A DNA stretch of 64,000 nt from assembly GCA_945877815.1 (NCBI GenBank), contig CAMDWJ010000005.1:15549-79548 (forward strand), read 5' to 3'. Under the pieces are notes generated by a model. That model was not told the DNA's origin and did no database searches. It saw nothing but the letters and a program-made list of their open reading frames with translations. The first letter of the stretch is position 1; each line of letters starts with the position of its first letter. The DNA is from Caenispirillum bisanense (GTDB lineage Bacteria; Pseudomonadota; Alphaproteobacteria; Rhodospirillales; UBA2165). The translations under genes and the position numbers were made by a program. Below are positions 19,897 to 28,965 of the stretch, piece after piece.

Positions 19897-21493
19897 CACC
19901 GGCCCGATACCGCCGCCCTTCGCCCCCAATCGTTGGCTGGTCACGATCACCGTGACCATCGGCGCGATCTCGACCATCCTTGCCACCACTATTATCAATG
20001 TCGCGATCCCGAGTGTCATGGGCGCCTTCGGCATCGGCCAGGATACCGCGCAGTGGTTGGCGTCGGGTTTCCTCGCCGCGACAACGACTGCGATGCTGAT
20101 GGCCGATTGGTTTGTGCGCCAATTGGGACGGCGCGGCACATATCAGTTGGGCATGACAGTCTTCATTGCCGGCTCGATCCTCGGGGCATTCGCCGAGACG
20201 ATCGAACTCGTCATCACCGCGCGCATCGTACAGGGTGCGGCCGCCGGGTTGATCCAGCCGCTGACGATGGTCACGATCTTCGAAGCCTTCCCCCCGAACG
20301 AGCGCGGCAAGGCGATGGGCATTTTCGGCATCGGCTCGATCATGGCGCCGTCAATGGGGCCTTATGCGGGAGGCCTTGCGGTCGATGCCTTCGATTGGCA
20401 TGCGGTCTTTCTGTTCCCGGTTCCCTTCTGCATCGTCGCCGGAATACTGGGATCCTTCCTATTGCGGCCGCGTGATCCGTCGGTGCAGCGCACGCGGTTC
20501 GATTGGATCGGCTTCGTGCTGCTCGTGACATTCACATTCTCACTCATGACGGCGCTGTCGCATGGCATTCGCGAAGGCTGGCAGTCGAATTTTATCTTGG
20601 GCCTATTCACGATCGCTGGGACGGCCTTTGTATCCTTCCTCGTCTGGGAGAAGTTCTGGCCAACCCCGCTGCTCAATCTGCGACTGTTCACGATCCCGGC
20701 CTATGCCATTGTCACCGTGATCGCTTGGGTGATGGGCGCTTCGCTGTTTACGTCGTTCTATACGACACCGTTGTTCGTGCAACTCGTGCAGGGCTATACG
20801 CCGACGCTCGCCGGCATGATGCAGATTCCAGCGGGCCTCATGATGGCAATGGGCGCCGTGATTTTCGGGCGCCTCGGCGATCTTGGCTATCGCCGCTCCC
20901 TCGTCTTCCTCGGTTTCGTCATGGTCGCCTATTCCAACTACCTGATGGCGGATGCCGACGCCAATACGCCGTTCGTGACCTTCGCCATCTGGCTGGTCAT
21001 CGCCCGCGTGGGCGTGTCGTGCATCTTCCCGAACCTGAATGTGACCGGATTGCGAGCCCTGCCATCGGAACTCCTGGTCCAAGGATCGGGTGCTATCAAT
21101 TTCATCCGCCAGCTCGGCGGCGCCTTCGGCGTCAATATTATCGCGGTCGTCCTCGAGGATCGTGCGTTGTTCCATGGTGCGGCGCTCACCGCGACCCAGA
21201 CCGAATCCAATGCGGCGACTTTCGATCTGTTCGAACGCTTGCGCGTCCTGCTGGCACAAGGCGGGCTGACTGGCGTGCCGGATGGCGCCATCGATCCGAT
21301 GGCGATCCAGTTCTTGAGCCAGAGCGTCTATGCCCAGGCGCAGATGTTCGCTTTCCGCGATTCGTTCCTGCTGATTGCTTTTGTCGCAACCTTGGCGCTG
21401 GTGCCTATCCTGTTCCTGCAAGGTGGGCGCGAAACGGTCGCCCCTAAACGCCGTCACGGCGCTCCGCCGCGGGTCGAGGCACCTGCGGAATGA
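19877..21493 (+). CDS. MFS transporter, DHA2 (14-TM, EmrB-like) drug efflux
   Basis: WLVTITVTIGAISTILATTIINVAIPSVMGAF N-terminus and 14 predicted TM helices. A TTG start overlaps the hlyD 3' end and is uncertain. Confidence 0.85.
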   Translation: MPSPVADTGPIPPPFAPNRWLVTITVTIGAISTILATTIINVAIPSVMGAFGIGQDTAQWLASGFLAATTTAMLMADWFVRQLGRRGTYQLGMTVFIAGSILGAFAETIELVITARIVQGAAAGLIQPLTMVTIFEAFPPNERGKAMGIFGIGSIMAPSMGPYAGGLAVDAFDWHAVFLFPVPFCIVAGILGSFLLRPRDPSVQRTRFDWIGFVLLVTFTFSLMTALSHGIREGWQSNFILGLFTIAGTAFVSFLVWEKFWPTPLLNLRLFTIPAYAIVTVIAWVMGASLFTSFYTTPLFVQLVQGYTPTLAGMMQIPAGLMMAMGAVIFGRLGDLGYRRSLVFLGFVMVAYSNYLMADADANTPFVTFAIWLVIARVGVSCIFPNLNVTGLRALPSELLVQGSGAINFIRQLGGAFGVNIIAVVLEDRALFHGAALTATQTESNAATFDLFERLRVLLAQGGLTGVPDGAIDPMAIQFLSQSVYAQAQMFAFRDSFLLIAFVATLALVPILFLQGGRETVAPKRRHGAPPRVEAPAE

Positions 21494-21496
21494 TCC

Positions 21497-22318
21497 TTAG
21501 ATCAGGCCGCCATAGACGATCCACATGAGCAATGCGCCGAGACACAGGCGGTAGATCACGAAGGGCGTCAAGCTCGCGCGGCGCAGCCACGCCATCATGA
21601 AGGCGATCGCGGCAAGGCCAAAGACGAACGACAAGGAACCGCAGATCACGGCATCGTGAACCTGCGAAAAATCGCCTGACTGATAAACCTTGTAACTCTC
21701 CAAGATGCCCGCTCCGAGAATGGTCGGGATCGCCATGAGGAACGAAAAACGCGCGGCCTCCGATCGCTCAACGCCCAGAAAGCGCGCCGCCGTCATGGTG
21801 GCACCCGACCGGCTGGTGCCCGGGATCAAGGCCATCGCCTGGAATATACCGATGAAGAACGCACCGCCGAATCCGATATGGTCCATGCGCCGAATGGTCA
21901 TGAACATCTTATCGGCAATGAACAGCAAGATGCCGAAGATGATCGTGGTCCAGGCGACGATGGCGACGGCGCGCAGACCGTCCGGGAAATAGGTCTCGAT
22001 CAGCAAACCGGCAGCGACCGCGGGGATGCTGGCCACGATCAATTTCATGATCAGCCAGAATTCCTTGTCGAGCGGACGGCCGCGCGCGATCTGGCGGAAG
22101 CTTCGGCCGAACGAGCGGGTCATCGCAAAAACATCGCGCCAGAAATACAGGATGACCGCCAGCAAAGTTCCAAGGTGGACCGAAACGTCGATCATCCGTC
22201 CCTGGTCGTCCCAACCCGTGAAAAAGGGCACCAGGATCAGATGCCCGGACGAGGAAATGGGCAGGAATTCTGTGATCCCCTGGACCGCGGCAAGGACGAC
22301 GAGATGGACGAATGGCAC
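21497..22318 (-). CDS. uppP: undecaprenyl-diphosphate phosphatase
   Basis: QGITEFLPISSSGHL motif and the PGTSRSG motif. 273 aa, polytopic. Confidence 0.93.
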   Translation of the reverse strand: MPFVHLVVLAAVQGITEFLPISSSGHLILVPFFTGWDDQGRMIDVSVHLGTLLAVILYFWRDVFAMTRSFGRSFRQIARGRPLDKEFWLIMKLIVASIPAVAAGLLIETYFPDGLRAVAIVAWTTIIFGILLFIADKMFMTIRRMDHIGFGGAFFIGIFQAMALIPGTSRSGATMTAARFLGVERSEAARFSFLMAIPTILGAGILESYKVYQSGDFSQVHDAVICGSLSFVFGLAAIAFMMAWLRRASLTPFVIYRLCLGALLMWIVYGGLI

Positions 22319-22438
22319 GGGCGGTTTCCCGAAAGACGCAGCGATGGCGAGCAGTATTAAACCGGTTTGCGTGACAACGAAAGTCCCGGATCGTTTCTAC
22401 TGTCGGGTCCACGTTTCGTAGGATATAACATCCCGCGC

Positions 22439-23107
22439 ATGCGTACGCTTTATCACCTGTGGCTCTCTCCGTTCTCCCGCAAAGTTCGCATCGTTCTCGC
22501 GGAAAAGAAGCTTCCGTTCGAGATGAATGTCGAGCAAGTGTGGGATCGGCGTCGAGACTTCCTGGCCCTAAACCCGGCGGGAGAGGTCCCGGTGCTCGTT
22601 GAGCCGGACAATACGGTGCTGGCCGAATCTTGGGCGATCTGCGAGTACCTGGAAGAACAGTCGCCGGATCCCAATCTGATCGGGCGAACGCCCTACGAGC
22701 GCGCCGAGGTGCGGCGGCTGGTCGGCTGGTTCGACCGCAAATTCGACCGCGAGGTCAGCGACCGGCTGATCAATGAAAAGGTCATGAAACGGTTCCTGGG
22801 CCTGGGCGAGCCCGACAGCCGGGAGATCCGCGCGGCGCAAAAGAATATTCACACTCACCTCGCCTATATCTCCTTCCTGGTGGAACGCCGCCACTGGCTC
22901 GCCGGTGAGGAATTATCCTTCGCTGATATCGCTGCCGCGGCACATATTTCCTGCGTCGATTATCTAGGCGACGTGCCGTGGGCCGATCACGCCGTCGCCA
23001 AGACCTGGTACATGCGCGTCAAGTCGCGTCCTTCGTTGCGCGCGATCTTGGCTGATCGGATTCCCGGCCTCCCGCCCGCCAAGCATTACGCCGATCTGGA
23101 TTTTTGA
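22439..23107 (+). CDS. glutathione S-transferase family protein
   Basis: MRTLYHLWLSPFSRKVRIVLAEKKLPFEM thioredoxin-like N-domain plus a GST C-domain. Start trimmed from 22367. Confidence 0.85.
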   Translation: MRTLYHLWLSPFSRKVRIVLAEKKLPFEMNVEQVWDRRRDFLALNPAGEVPVLVEPDNTVLAESWAICEYLEEQSPDPNLIGRTPYERAEVRRLVGWFDRKFDREVSDRLINEKVMKRFLGLGEPDSREIRAAQKNIHTHLAYISFLVERRHWLAGEELSFADIAAAAHISCVDYLGDVPWADHAVAKTWYMRVKSRPSLRAILADRIPGLPPAKHYADLDF

Positions 23108-23122
23108 AATCGTCCAGCGCCG

Positions 23123-23610
23123 TCATCCACCCTCATAGGCATTCTTCAACACGGCCATATCGAGCTTGGCCATGGTCATCATCGACTTCATGGCCCGCTG
23201 CGAGGCCGCCGTGTCGGAGCTTTTCAGATAGTCCAAGATCTGGATAGGCGTCACCTGCCAGGACAGGCCGAACTTGTCGATGAGCCAGCCACACTCGCGG
23301 GGCGCGCCACCGCCCTCCTGCAGCTTGTCCCAGAAATAATCGATCTCTGCCTGGGTCGTGCACATCACGATGAACGAAACAGCGTGATTGAATTTAAAAT
23401 TCGGGCCGCCGTTCAAGGCGATGAAAGGCCGACCTTCCAGCTCGAAGCTGACTGTTAGGATGCTGCCGACGGGGCCGGGACCGGCCTCGCCGTGGCGCAA
23501 TTCATCCGTGATCGCGGCCTGACGACCGCCGGCCTTGAAGGTCGCGACGTAGAAGTTGCGGCCTCTTCTGCTTGACCGTCGTACCACAAACACGGTGTTA
23601 ACTTCGACAT
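23123..23610 (-). pseudogene. frameshifted VOC-superfamily protein of the PhnB / 3-demethylubiquinone-9 methyltransferase-like family
   Basis: The conserved N-terminus MSKLTPCLWYDGQAEEAA is read from the ATG at 23610 in one frame. The rest of the family sequence (NFYVATFK...GSILTVSFELEGRPFIALNGGPNFKFNHAVSF...CGWLIDKFGLSWQV) continues in another frame from about 23560. One base appears to be missing at GCCGCA-AC. Confidence 0.7.
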
Positions 23611-23621
23611 CGTTCTGGTCC

Positions 23622-24083
23622 TTATACGGCTATTGCTTGGCCGACCGGGCAATCCTCTCCCTTCGCCATGGCGGCCTGTGCGGCCACTTCATCCATCCAC
23701 ATCACCTCCCAGATGTGTCCATCCCGATCTTCGAAATTGCGAAAATACATGAAGCCGTAATCCTGCTTCGCCATGAGATCGACCTTACCGCCGGCATTCC
23801 AAGCCTTGTCGAGCGTCGCATCAACATCGTCGCGGCTCTCGGCGGACATGCAGATGATCATCTCCGACGTGGTTTTCGTGTCGGCGATCTTTTTCGCACA
23901 GAACACTTTGTATTTGTCATGGGTCAGCAGCATCACATGGATGGTTTCGGAGAAAACCATGCAGGACGCGGTATCGTCGCAGAATTGCTCGTTCTTGACG
24001 GCGCCGATCGCCTCGTAAAAGGCAGTCGCGCGTTTAATATCTGTGACCGGCAGGTTGACGAAAATAATTTTGGATTTAGACAT
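23622..24083 (-). CDS. VOC (glyoxalase/bleomycin-resistance) family protein
   Basis: MSKSKIIFVNLPVTDIKRATAFYEAIG...FRNFEDRDGHIWEVMW is a typical single-domain VOC fold sequence. Confidence 0.8.
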   Translation of the reverse strand: MSKSKIIFVNLPVTDIKRATAFYEAIGAVKNEQFCDDTASCMVFSETIHVMLLTHDKYKVFCAKKIADTKTTSEMIICMSAESRDDVDATLDKAWNAGGKVDLMAKQDYGFMYFRNFEDRDGHIWEVMWMDEVAAQAAMAKGEDCPVGQAIAV

Positions 24084-24152
24084 TGGGTTCCTCCTTTGAG
24101 CATCGGTTTTCCACTTGATGTTTGACGGTCATAGCGAAGTGAGTTATAAAAA

Positions 24153-24168
24153 GTAACTATGAAGTTAC
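24153..24168. promoter_or_regulatory. candidate HxlR operator (GTAACT-ATGA-AGTTAC)
   Basis: Perfect 6-bp inverted repeat with a 4-bp spacer, centred on the hxlR-family ATG. It lies in the AT-rich divergent region shared with the VOC gene. Confidence 0.35.
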
Positions 24169-24860
24169 AACAAATAACTAAAAAGAAAAACGTCCCATCG
24201 CACCGTAGCTACGACGATGCCTGCGGCATTGCCCATGCCCTCGACCTGATCGGCGAACGCTGGGCCTTGCTGGTCATGCGGGAATTGTTGCTCGGCCCGA
24301 AACGATTCAGCGATCTACGCGAAAGCCTACCCGGCATCAGCGCAAACGTGCTGACCCAACGCCTCGAAGGATTGGAGCAGGCGGGCCTATTGGTGAAGCG
24401 CAAGCTGCCCCCGCCGGCCGCGAGCCAGGTCTACGAATTGACCCAATGGGGCTACGAGAGCGAGTCGATTATCTGCGATATGGGCCGATGGGCGGCGCGC
24501 TCGCCATCGCACGACCCGACCCTGCCGGTAAGCCCGGTATCCATCATACTGTCGATGCGCACAATGTTCGATGCGACGCGCACCCTTGGGATCGACGCCC
24601 GCGTCGGATTTCAATTCGGCTACGAAAACTTCGTCGCCCGCGTCTTAGAGGAACAACTCCACATCTCGCGCGCACCGGTGGAAGGCGCGGACGCGATCTT
24701 CACGGGCACCGCACGCTACCTCGCCGCCGCGATCTATGGCGGTGTGCCGCTGGCAGCGTTGGAGAAAAAAGGCGCACTCACGGTCGCGGGCGACCGCACG
24801 CTGGCCGAACGCTATCTCACACTGTTCGTGCTGCCGCCAAAGGTGAAACCGACAGGCTGA
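24159..24860 (+). CDS. HxlR-family transcriptional regulator with C-terminal SCP2-like extension
   Basis: CGIAHALDLIGERWALLVMRELLLGPKRFSDLRESLPGISANVLTQRLEGLEQAGLL is a canonical HxlR wHTH. About 110 extra C-terminal residues. Confidence 0.8.
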   Translation: MKLQQITKKKNVPSHRSYDDACGIAHALDLIGERWALLVMRELLLGPKRFSDLRESLPGISANVLTQRLEGLEQAGLLVKRKLPPPAASQVYELTQWGYESESIICDMGRWAARSPSHDPTLPVSPVSIILSMRTMFDATRTLGIDARVGFQFGYENFVARVLEEQLHISRAPVEGADAIFTGTARYLAAAIYGGVPLAALEKKGALTVAGDRTLAERYLTLFVLPPKVKPTG

Positions 24861-24907
24861 ACCTCGGCACTCGTCAGATCGCCGAGAACCGGTCGATAAA
24901 GACGTCC

Positions 24908-25558
24908 ATGAGCGCGAATCACGATCACGGACATAGCCACGACGTGGCATTCGACGGCATCCCCGCCGATTACAAATGCCGCCTCTGGCTCGTCGTCGCC
25001 ATCAACGCAACTGTGTTCGTGGTCGAGGTTCTGGCGGGCGCCATCGCGGACTCCCAAGCGCTCCGCGCCGATGCGCTGGATTTCCTGGGCGACGCCGCAA
25101 CCTACGGATTGAGCCTCGCCGTGATCGGTACGCCGGCCAAGACGCGCGCCAATGCCGCGCCACTGAAAGGAATCAGCCTCGCCATCATGGCGGTCTGGGT
25201 GCTCGGCTCGACGATCTATCAAACCCTGATCTTGGGCGTGCCAAAGGCCGAGGTCATGAACGCCATCGGCGCGCTAGCGCTCTGTGCCAAAATCGCCAGC
25301 GTCCTAATCCTGATGCTCTACGCCGAGGGAGATGCGAACGTGCGCTCGGTGTGGCTGTGCTCGCGCAACGACGCCATCGGCAATGTCGCGGCGATGGCGG
25401 CAGCGCTCGCCGTGTGGGGCACCACGACCGCGTGGACCGACCTGATCGTGGCTGCGATCATGGCGAGGCTGTTCTTCTGGTCGTCAGTACAGATAGTCCG
25501 TCAAAACCGCAGCGTGCTTCAAAATGCCGCGCAGCACGGGCACAGCCATAGCCACTAA
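24908..25558 (+). CDS. cation diffusion facilitator (CDF) family metal efflux protein, short form
   Basis: His-rich N-terminus (NHDHGHSHD) and C-terminus (HGHSHSH). TM2 and TM5 metal-site motifs ADALDFLGD and SRNDAIGN. Six TM helices and no cytoplasmic C-terminal domain. Start trimmed to the ATG at 24908. Confidence 0.8.
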   Translation: MSANHDHGHSHDVAFDGIPADYKCRLWLVVAINATVFVVEVLAGAIADSQALRADALDFLGDAATYGLSLAVIGTPAKTRANAAPLKGISLAIMAVWVLGSTIYQTLILGVPKAEVMNAIGALALCAKIASVLILMLYAEGDANVRSVWLCSRNDAIGNVAAMAAALAVWGTTTAWTDLIVAAIMARLFFWSSVQIVRQNRSVLQNAAQHGHSHSH

Positions 25559-25563
25559 TTGGA

Positions 25564-26457
25564 CTACCCCTTGAACTTCCCATCGGCCACGCCCTGTACG
25601 CCGGGCCGGCAGGCGAACAATCCGCCCGCATGGGGCTGGCCCTTGGACTGCGGCAAATAGTCGTGACCGATCGACGTGATGAACAGGGTGCTCATGTCGG
25701 TCCCGCCGAAGGTGCACATGGTCGGCTTTTCCACCGGCACCTTGATCATACGGTCAAGCTTTCCCTCCGGCGTGAAGCGCGCGACCGAGCCGCTCGTCAG
25801 CGCAACCCAATAACAACCTTCGACATCGACGCTGGCGCCGTCGGGACGGCCGGGCAGATCATGAGTGGTGAAAAAGACGCGGCGGTTGGAGATCGCACCG
25901 GCGTCCGGATCGTGATCGAAGCGCCACACGGTTTGCACGTCGGTATAGCTATCGGCGCAGTAGAAATATTTCCGCTCCGCATCGAAGGCGATGCCGTTCG
26001 AGATGCCGATATCGTCAACCTTCATCGTCGCCGTACCATCGGGCGCCATACGCCAGATTGATCCCGTGCGCGTCTTGCGGTCTGACGGGTCCATCATGCT
26101 GCCCGCCCAAAAGGCGCCATACGGATCGCAGCGCCCGTCGTTCATCCGGTTGCCCGGTTTGTGTTCCGGATCGCAGATAAAGGTCTTGGTCCCTTGGTCG
26201 AAATCCACGTAATGGAAGCCGGAGCGCAACGCCGCGACGAGCGCGCCTCTCGCATCCGGCTGGGCGCGCAAGCCGAGACATCCGACCTGCTCGCCGAGAT
26301 CGCACACCTCGTCTGTCCCGCTCGACGGATCGGTGCGATGGATCTCGTGCTTCATGATATCGACCCAATAGAGCCGCTGTTCGGCGACGCTCCACACCGG
26401 GCCTTCGCCCAGTGTGGCGTGTGCATCGAGAACAAGATCGACAGAGAGGTCGCTCAT
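25564..26457 (-). CDS. SMP-30/gluconolactonase/LRE family protein
   Basis: LGEGPVWSVAEQRLYWVDI motif, plus N/D-containing beta-propeller repeats (SNGIAF, PDGASVD). Start trimmed to MSDLSVD. Confidence 0.85.
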   Translation of the reverse strand: MSDLSVDLVLDAHATLGEGPVWSVAEQRLYWVDIMKHEIHRTDPSSGTDEVCDLGEQVGCLGLRAQPDARGALVAALRSGFHYVDFDQGTKTFICDPEHKPGNRMNDGRCDPYGAFWAGSMMDPSDRKTRTGSIWRMAPDGTATMKVDDIGISNGIAFDAERKYFYCADSYTDVQTVWRFDHDPDAGAISNRRVFFTTHDLPGRPDGASVDVEGCYWVALTSGSVARFTPEGKLDRMIKVPVEKPTMCTFGGTDMSTLFITSIGHDYLPQSKGQPHAGGLFACRPGVQGVADGKFKG

Positions 26458-26467
26458 CGGCGGCAGA

Positions 26468-27958
26468 TCACCCGGCGTAGGTTCCCGCAGCGGTGCCCGC
26501 GATCTTGCCGAACACAGATCCGGAAACGAGGCCGGAGCCGCCCGGATAGTTGAAGTAGAAGAGCCCGCCCACCAACTCGCCGGCGGCATAGAGGCCGGGG
26601 ATCGCCTCGCCTGCGGTATCGATCACGCGGCCCGTATCGGGTTCGATACGCAACCCGCCGAAGGTGAAGGTGATGCCGCAGGTGATCGCATAGGCCTCGT
26701 AAGGCGGCGCATCCAGACGGTTGGCCCAGTTGGATTTCGGCACCCGCAGCCCTTCGGTGTGGCGGCCGTCCTTCACGTTCGGATTGAACGTGATGTCGGT
26801 GCGCACCGCCGCATTGTAGGCGGTCACTTCACGCAGGAAGCCAGATGCGTCGACATCGTCGAGTTTCTTCGCCAACTCCTCCAAGCTATTCGCCGTCACC
26901 TTGGTGACCTGCTTGATGCGGTATTCGTCGCGCAGCAGGTGTGTGACCTTGGAATCGAAGACCTGCCAGGCGAACTGGCCCGGTTGCTCAAGCACGGCGC
27001 GGCCGTATTTCGCATAGGTGTAGTTGCGGAAATCAGCGCCCTCGTCGACGAAGCGCTCGCCGTTCATGTTGACGATGATGCCGAAGGGATAGGAATGTTT
27101 TTGGAAATTGTCGCCGACCTCGAGATCGCCGAAGTCCGGCGCGTTGCGGTCCCACCCCACTGCATGCGCGCCCGACCAATTGCCGTAGGGCATCGCGCCG
27201 ATATCGAGCGCCATCTTGATGCCGTCACCCATATTGAAGCGCGTGCCGCGCACCTTGGCGAGATCCCAGCCCGGCCCCATGCAGCGCGTGCGCCATTCGG
27301 AATTCGCCTCGAACCCGCCGCTCGCGATGACGACGCAGCGTGCGCGCAGATCGAAAGCCTTGCCGTCCTTTACCGCGACAACGCCCGTCACCTTTCCGTT
27401 CTCGACGATCAGGTTGCGCCCGCGCGTGCGATAGCGGATCTCAAGCCCCTTCTTTTTGACCTCCTTGGTCAGCGCTTCGACGAGGCCCGGCCCACCGCCG
27501 GCCGATTCGATATGCGCGCCGCCCCAGAACTTGAACTTGCCTTCGTGCTTGAAAGCCTGACGCCCGTAGGCCGGCAGGAAGCGCACGCCGTGGCTGCGCA
27601 TCCACACCGCCGTATCCTGCGCGCGCTCGACCAACTGCTCGACGAGATCGGGATTGGCGCGGAATTGCGTGATGCGCCCCATATCGTCGTAGAAATCTTC
27701 CTTCCGATATTGGCTGAAGTCGGTGTTCTTCTCTTCCTCGGGCGAAATGTCGGGAATGATGCGTTTGAGCTGATCGAGATCGTCGTAAGGAATGCGGAAC
27801 AGGCCGGCCGTGTAGCGGCTGTTGCCGCCCGATTCCTCCTCGGGGGCTGCTTCCAGAAGAATGATTTTCTTCGCACCCTGGTCATTGGCGGCAAGTGCTG
27901 CGCACATGGCCGCATTGCCCGCCCCTACTACGATAACGTCGGCATCGAGATCGCTCAT
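26468..27958 (-). CDS. FAD-dependent oxidoreductase (TcuA / fumarate-reductase flavoprotein-like)
   Basis: The dinucleotide fold DVIVVGAGNAAMCAA, GGNSRYT, and C-terminal LYAAGE are typical of the FAD_binding_2 family. Confidence 0.82.
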   Translation of the reverse strand: MSDLDADVIVVGAGNAAMCAALAANDQGAKKIILLEAAPEEESGGNSRYTAGLFRIPYDDLDQLKRIIPDISPEEEKNTDFSQYRKEDFYDDMGRITQFRANPDLVEQLVERAQDTAVWMRSHGVRFLPAYGRQAFKHEGKFKFWGGAHIESAGGGPGLVEALTKEVKKKGLEIRYRTRGRNLIVENGKVTGVVAVKDGKAFDLRARCVVIASGGFEANSEWRTRCMGPGWDLAKVRGTRFNMGDGIKMALDIGAMPYGNWSGAHAVGWDRNAPDFGDLEVGDNFQKHSYPFGIIVNMNGERFVDEGADFRNYTYAKYGRAVLEQPGQFAWQVFDSKVTHLLRDEYRIKQVTKVTANSLEELAKKLDDVDASGFLREVTAYNAAVRTDITFNPNVKDGRHTEGLRVPKSNWANRLDAPPYEAYAITCGITFTFGGLRIEPDTGRVIDTAGEAIPGLYAAGELVGGLFYFNYPGGSGLVSGSVFGKIAGTAAGTYAG

Positions 27959-27985
27959 TTCGTTCTTCCCTAAACGGATTTTCGG

Positions 27986-28930
27986 TCAGTTCGGCATCTT
28001 TTGGCCGAGGCCAGCTGCCTTGGCGCGCTCATAGATCATAGCGCCGAAAGCCACATCCTCGAAGGCGATGCCGAGCGAATGGAACAAGGTGATTTGCCCG
28101 GGCGAAGTGCGCGTCGCAATTGTACCCTCGACGATGTCGCCAAGCTCAACGATCTTGGACCAATCAAGTTTCCCTTTGTCGGCGAGATTGACCAGAGCGG
28201 ACGCCTCGATCTTCGCCTGCTCGACCTGATCGGTGACGATCTGATCGGCGCGCAGCACGCAGTCTTCGTCGAGTTCGATACGGTCCAGTCCGTTGGCACC
28301 GATGCCGTTCACATGCATGCCGGGCTTGAGCCAGGCCCCCTTCAGCACGGGCGCCGTCGCATTGGTCGCCGTCACAATGATGTCGGCGCCGTCGACGCAG
28401 GCTTCCGCCGAGACGGCGCCCACGGTCGTAATGCCGAGTTCGTCCTGAATCTTCTTGGCAAAGGAATCGCGTTTGGCGGCGTCACGGCTGAACACCACGA
28501 TGCGGTCAAGCTTGCGCACCAATGCGATCGCGCGAATCTGGTCCGGCGATTGGCGCCCGGTGCCAATCACGGCGAGGATTTTCGCATCCGCGCGCGCCAT
28601 CCGTTTCGTGGCCACGCCGGTCGCGGCCCCGGTGCGCGTCGTCGAGGCCCAGTTGAGATCGATCATCGCGACGGGCGCTTTTTCCTTGAGTGACAGTAGG
28701 ATCAGCGCGTTGTAGCCGATCTTCGGCAGGTAGGCGCGATAGCCGAAATAATCCGAGCCGGGGATGGCACCCGCCATGACGTTGAGACCGGCATTGTCGA
28801 CGCGAAGCCGGCGGCGCGGCAGATTCGCGGTCGCCTTATCGCTCCAATGGACGAAACTCGCCTCAAGCGAATCGATGGCATCCTGGATATTGACGAGGCG
28901 CTTGACCTCGTCGGTCGAAATGTAAATCAA
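27986..28930 (-). CDS. ornithine cyclodeaminase / mu-crystallin family protein
   Basis: 314 aa. Rossmann motif AVIGTGRQS and overall OCD/mu-crystallin pattern. Confidence 0.82.
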   Translation of the reverse strand: MIYISTDEVKRLVNIQDAIDSLEASFVHWSDKATANLPRRRLRVDNAGLNVMAGAIPGSDYFGYRAYLPKIGYNALILLSLKEKAPVAMIDLNWASTTRTGAATGVATKRMARADAKILAVIGTGRQSPDQIRAIALVRKLDRIVVFSRDAAKRDSFAKKIQDELGITTVGAVSAEACVDGADIIVTATNATAPVLKGAWLKPGMHVNGIGANGLDRIELDEDCVLRADQIVTDQVEQAKIEASALVNLADKGKLDWSKIVELGDIVEGTIATRTSPGQITLFHSLGIAFEDVAFGAMIYERAKAAGLGQKMPN

Positions 28931-28965
28931 TTTGATCCTCCGATTAATTCTTGAATGGCGCCAAT

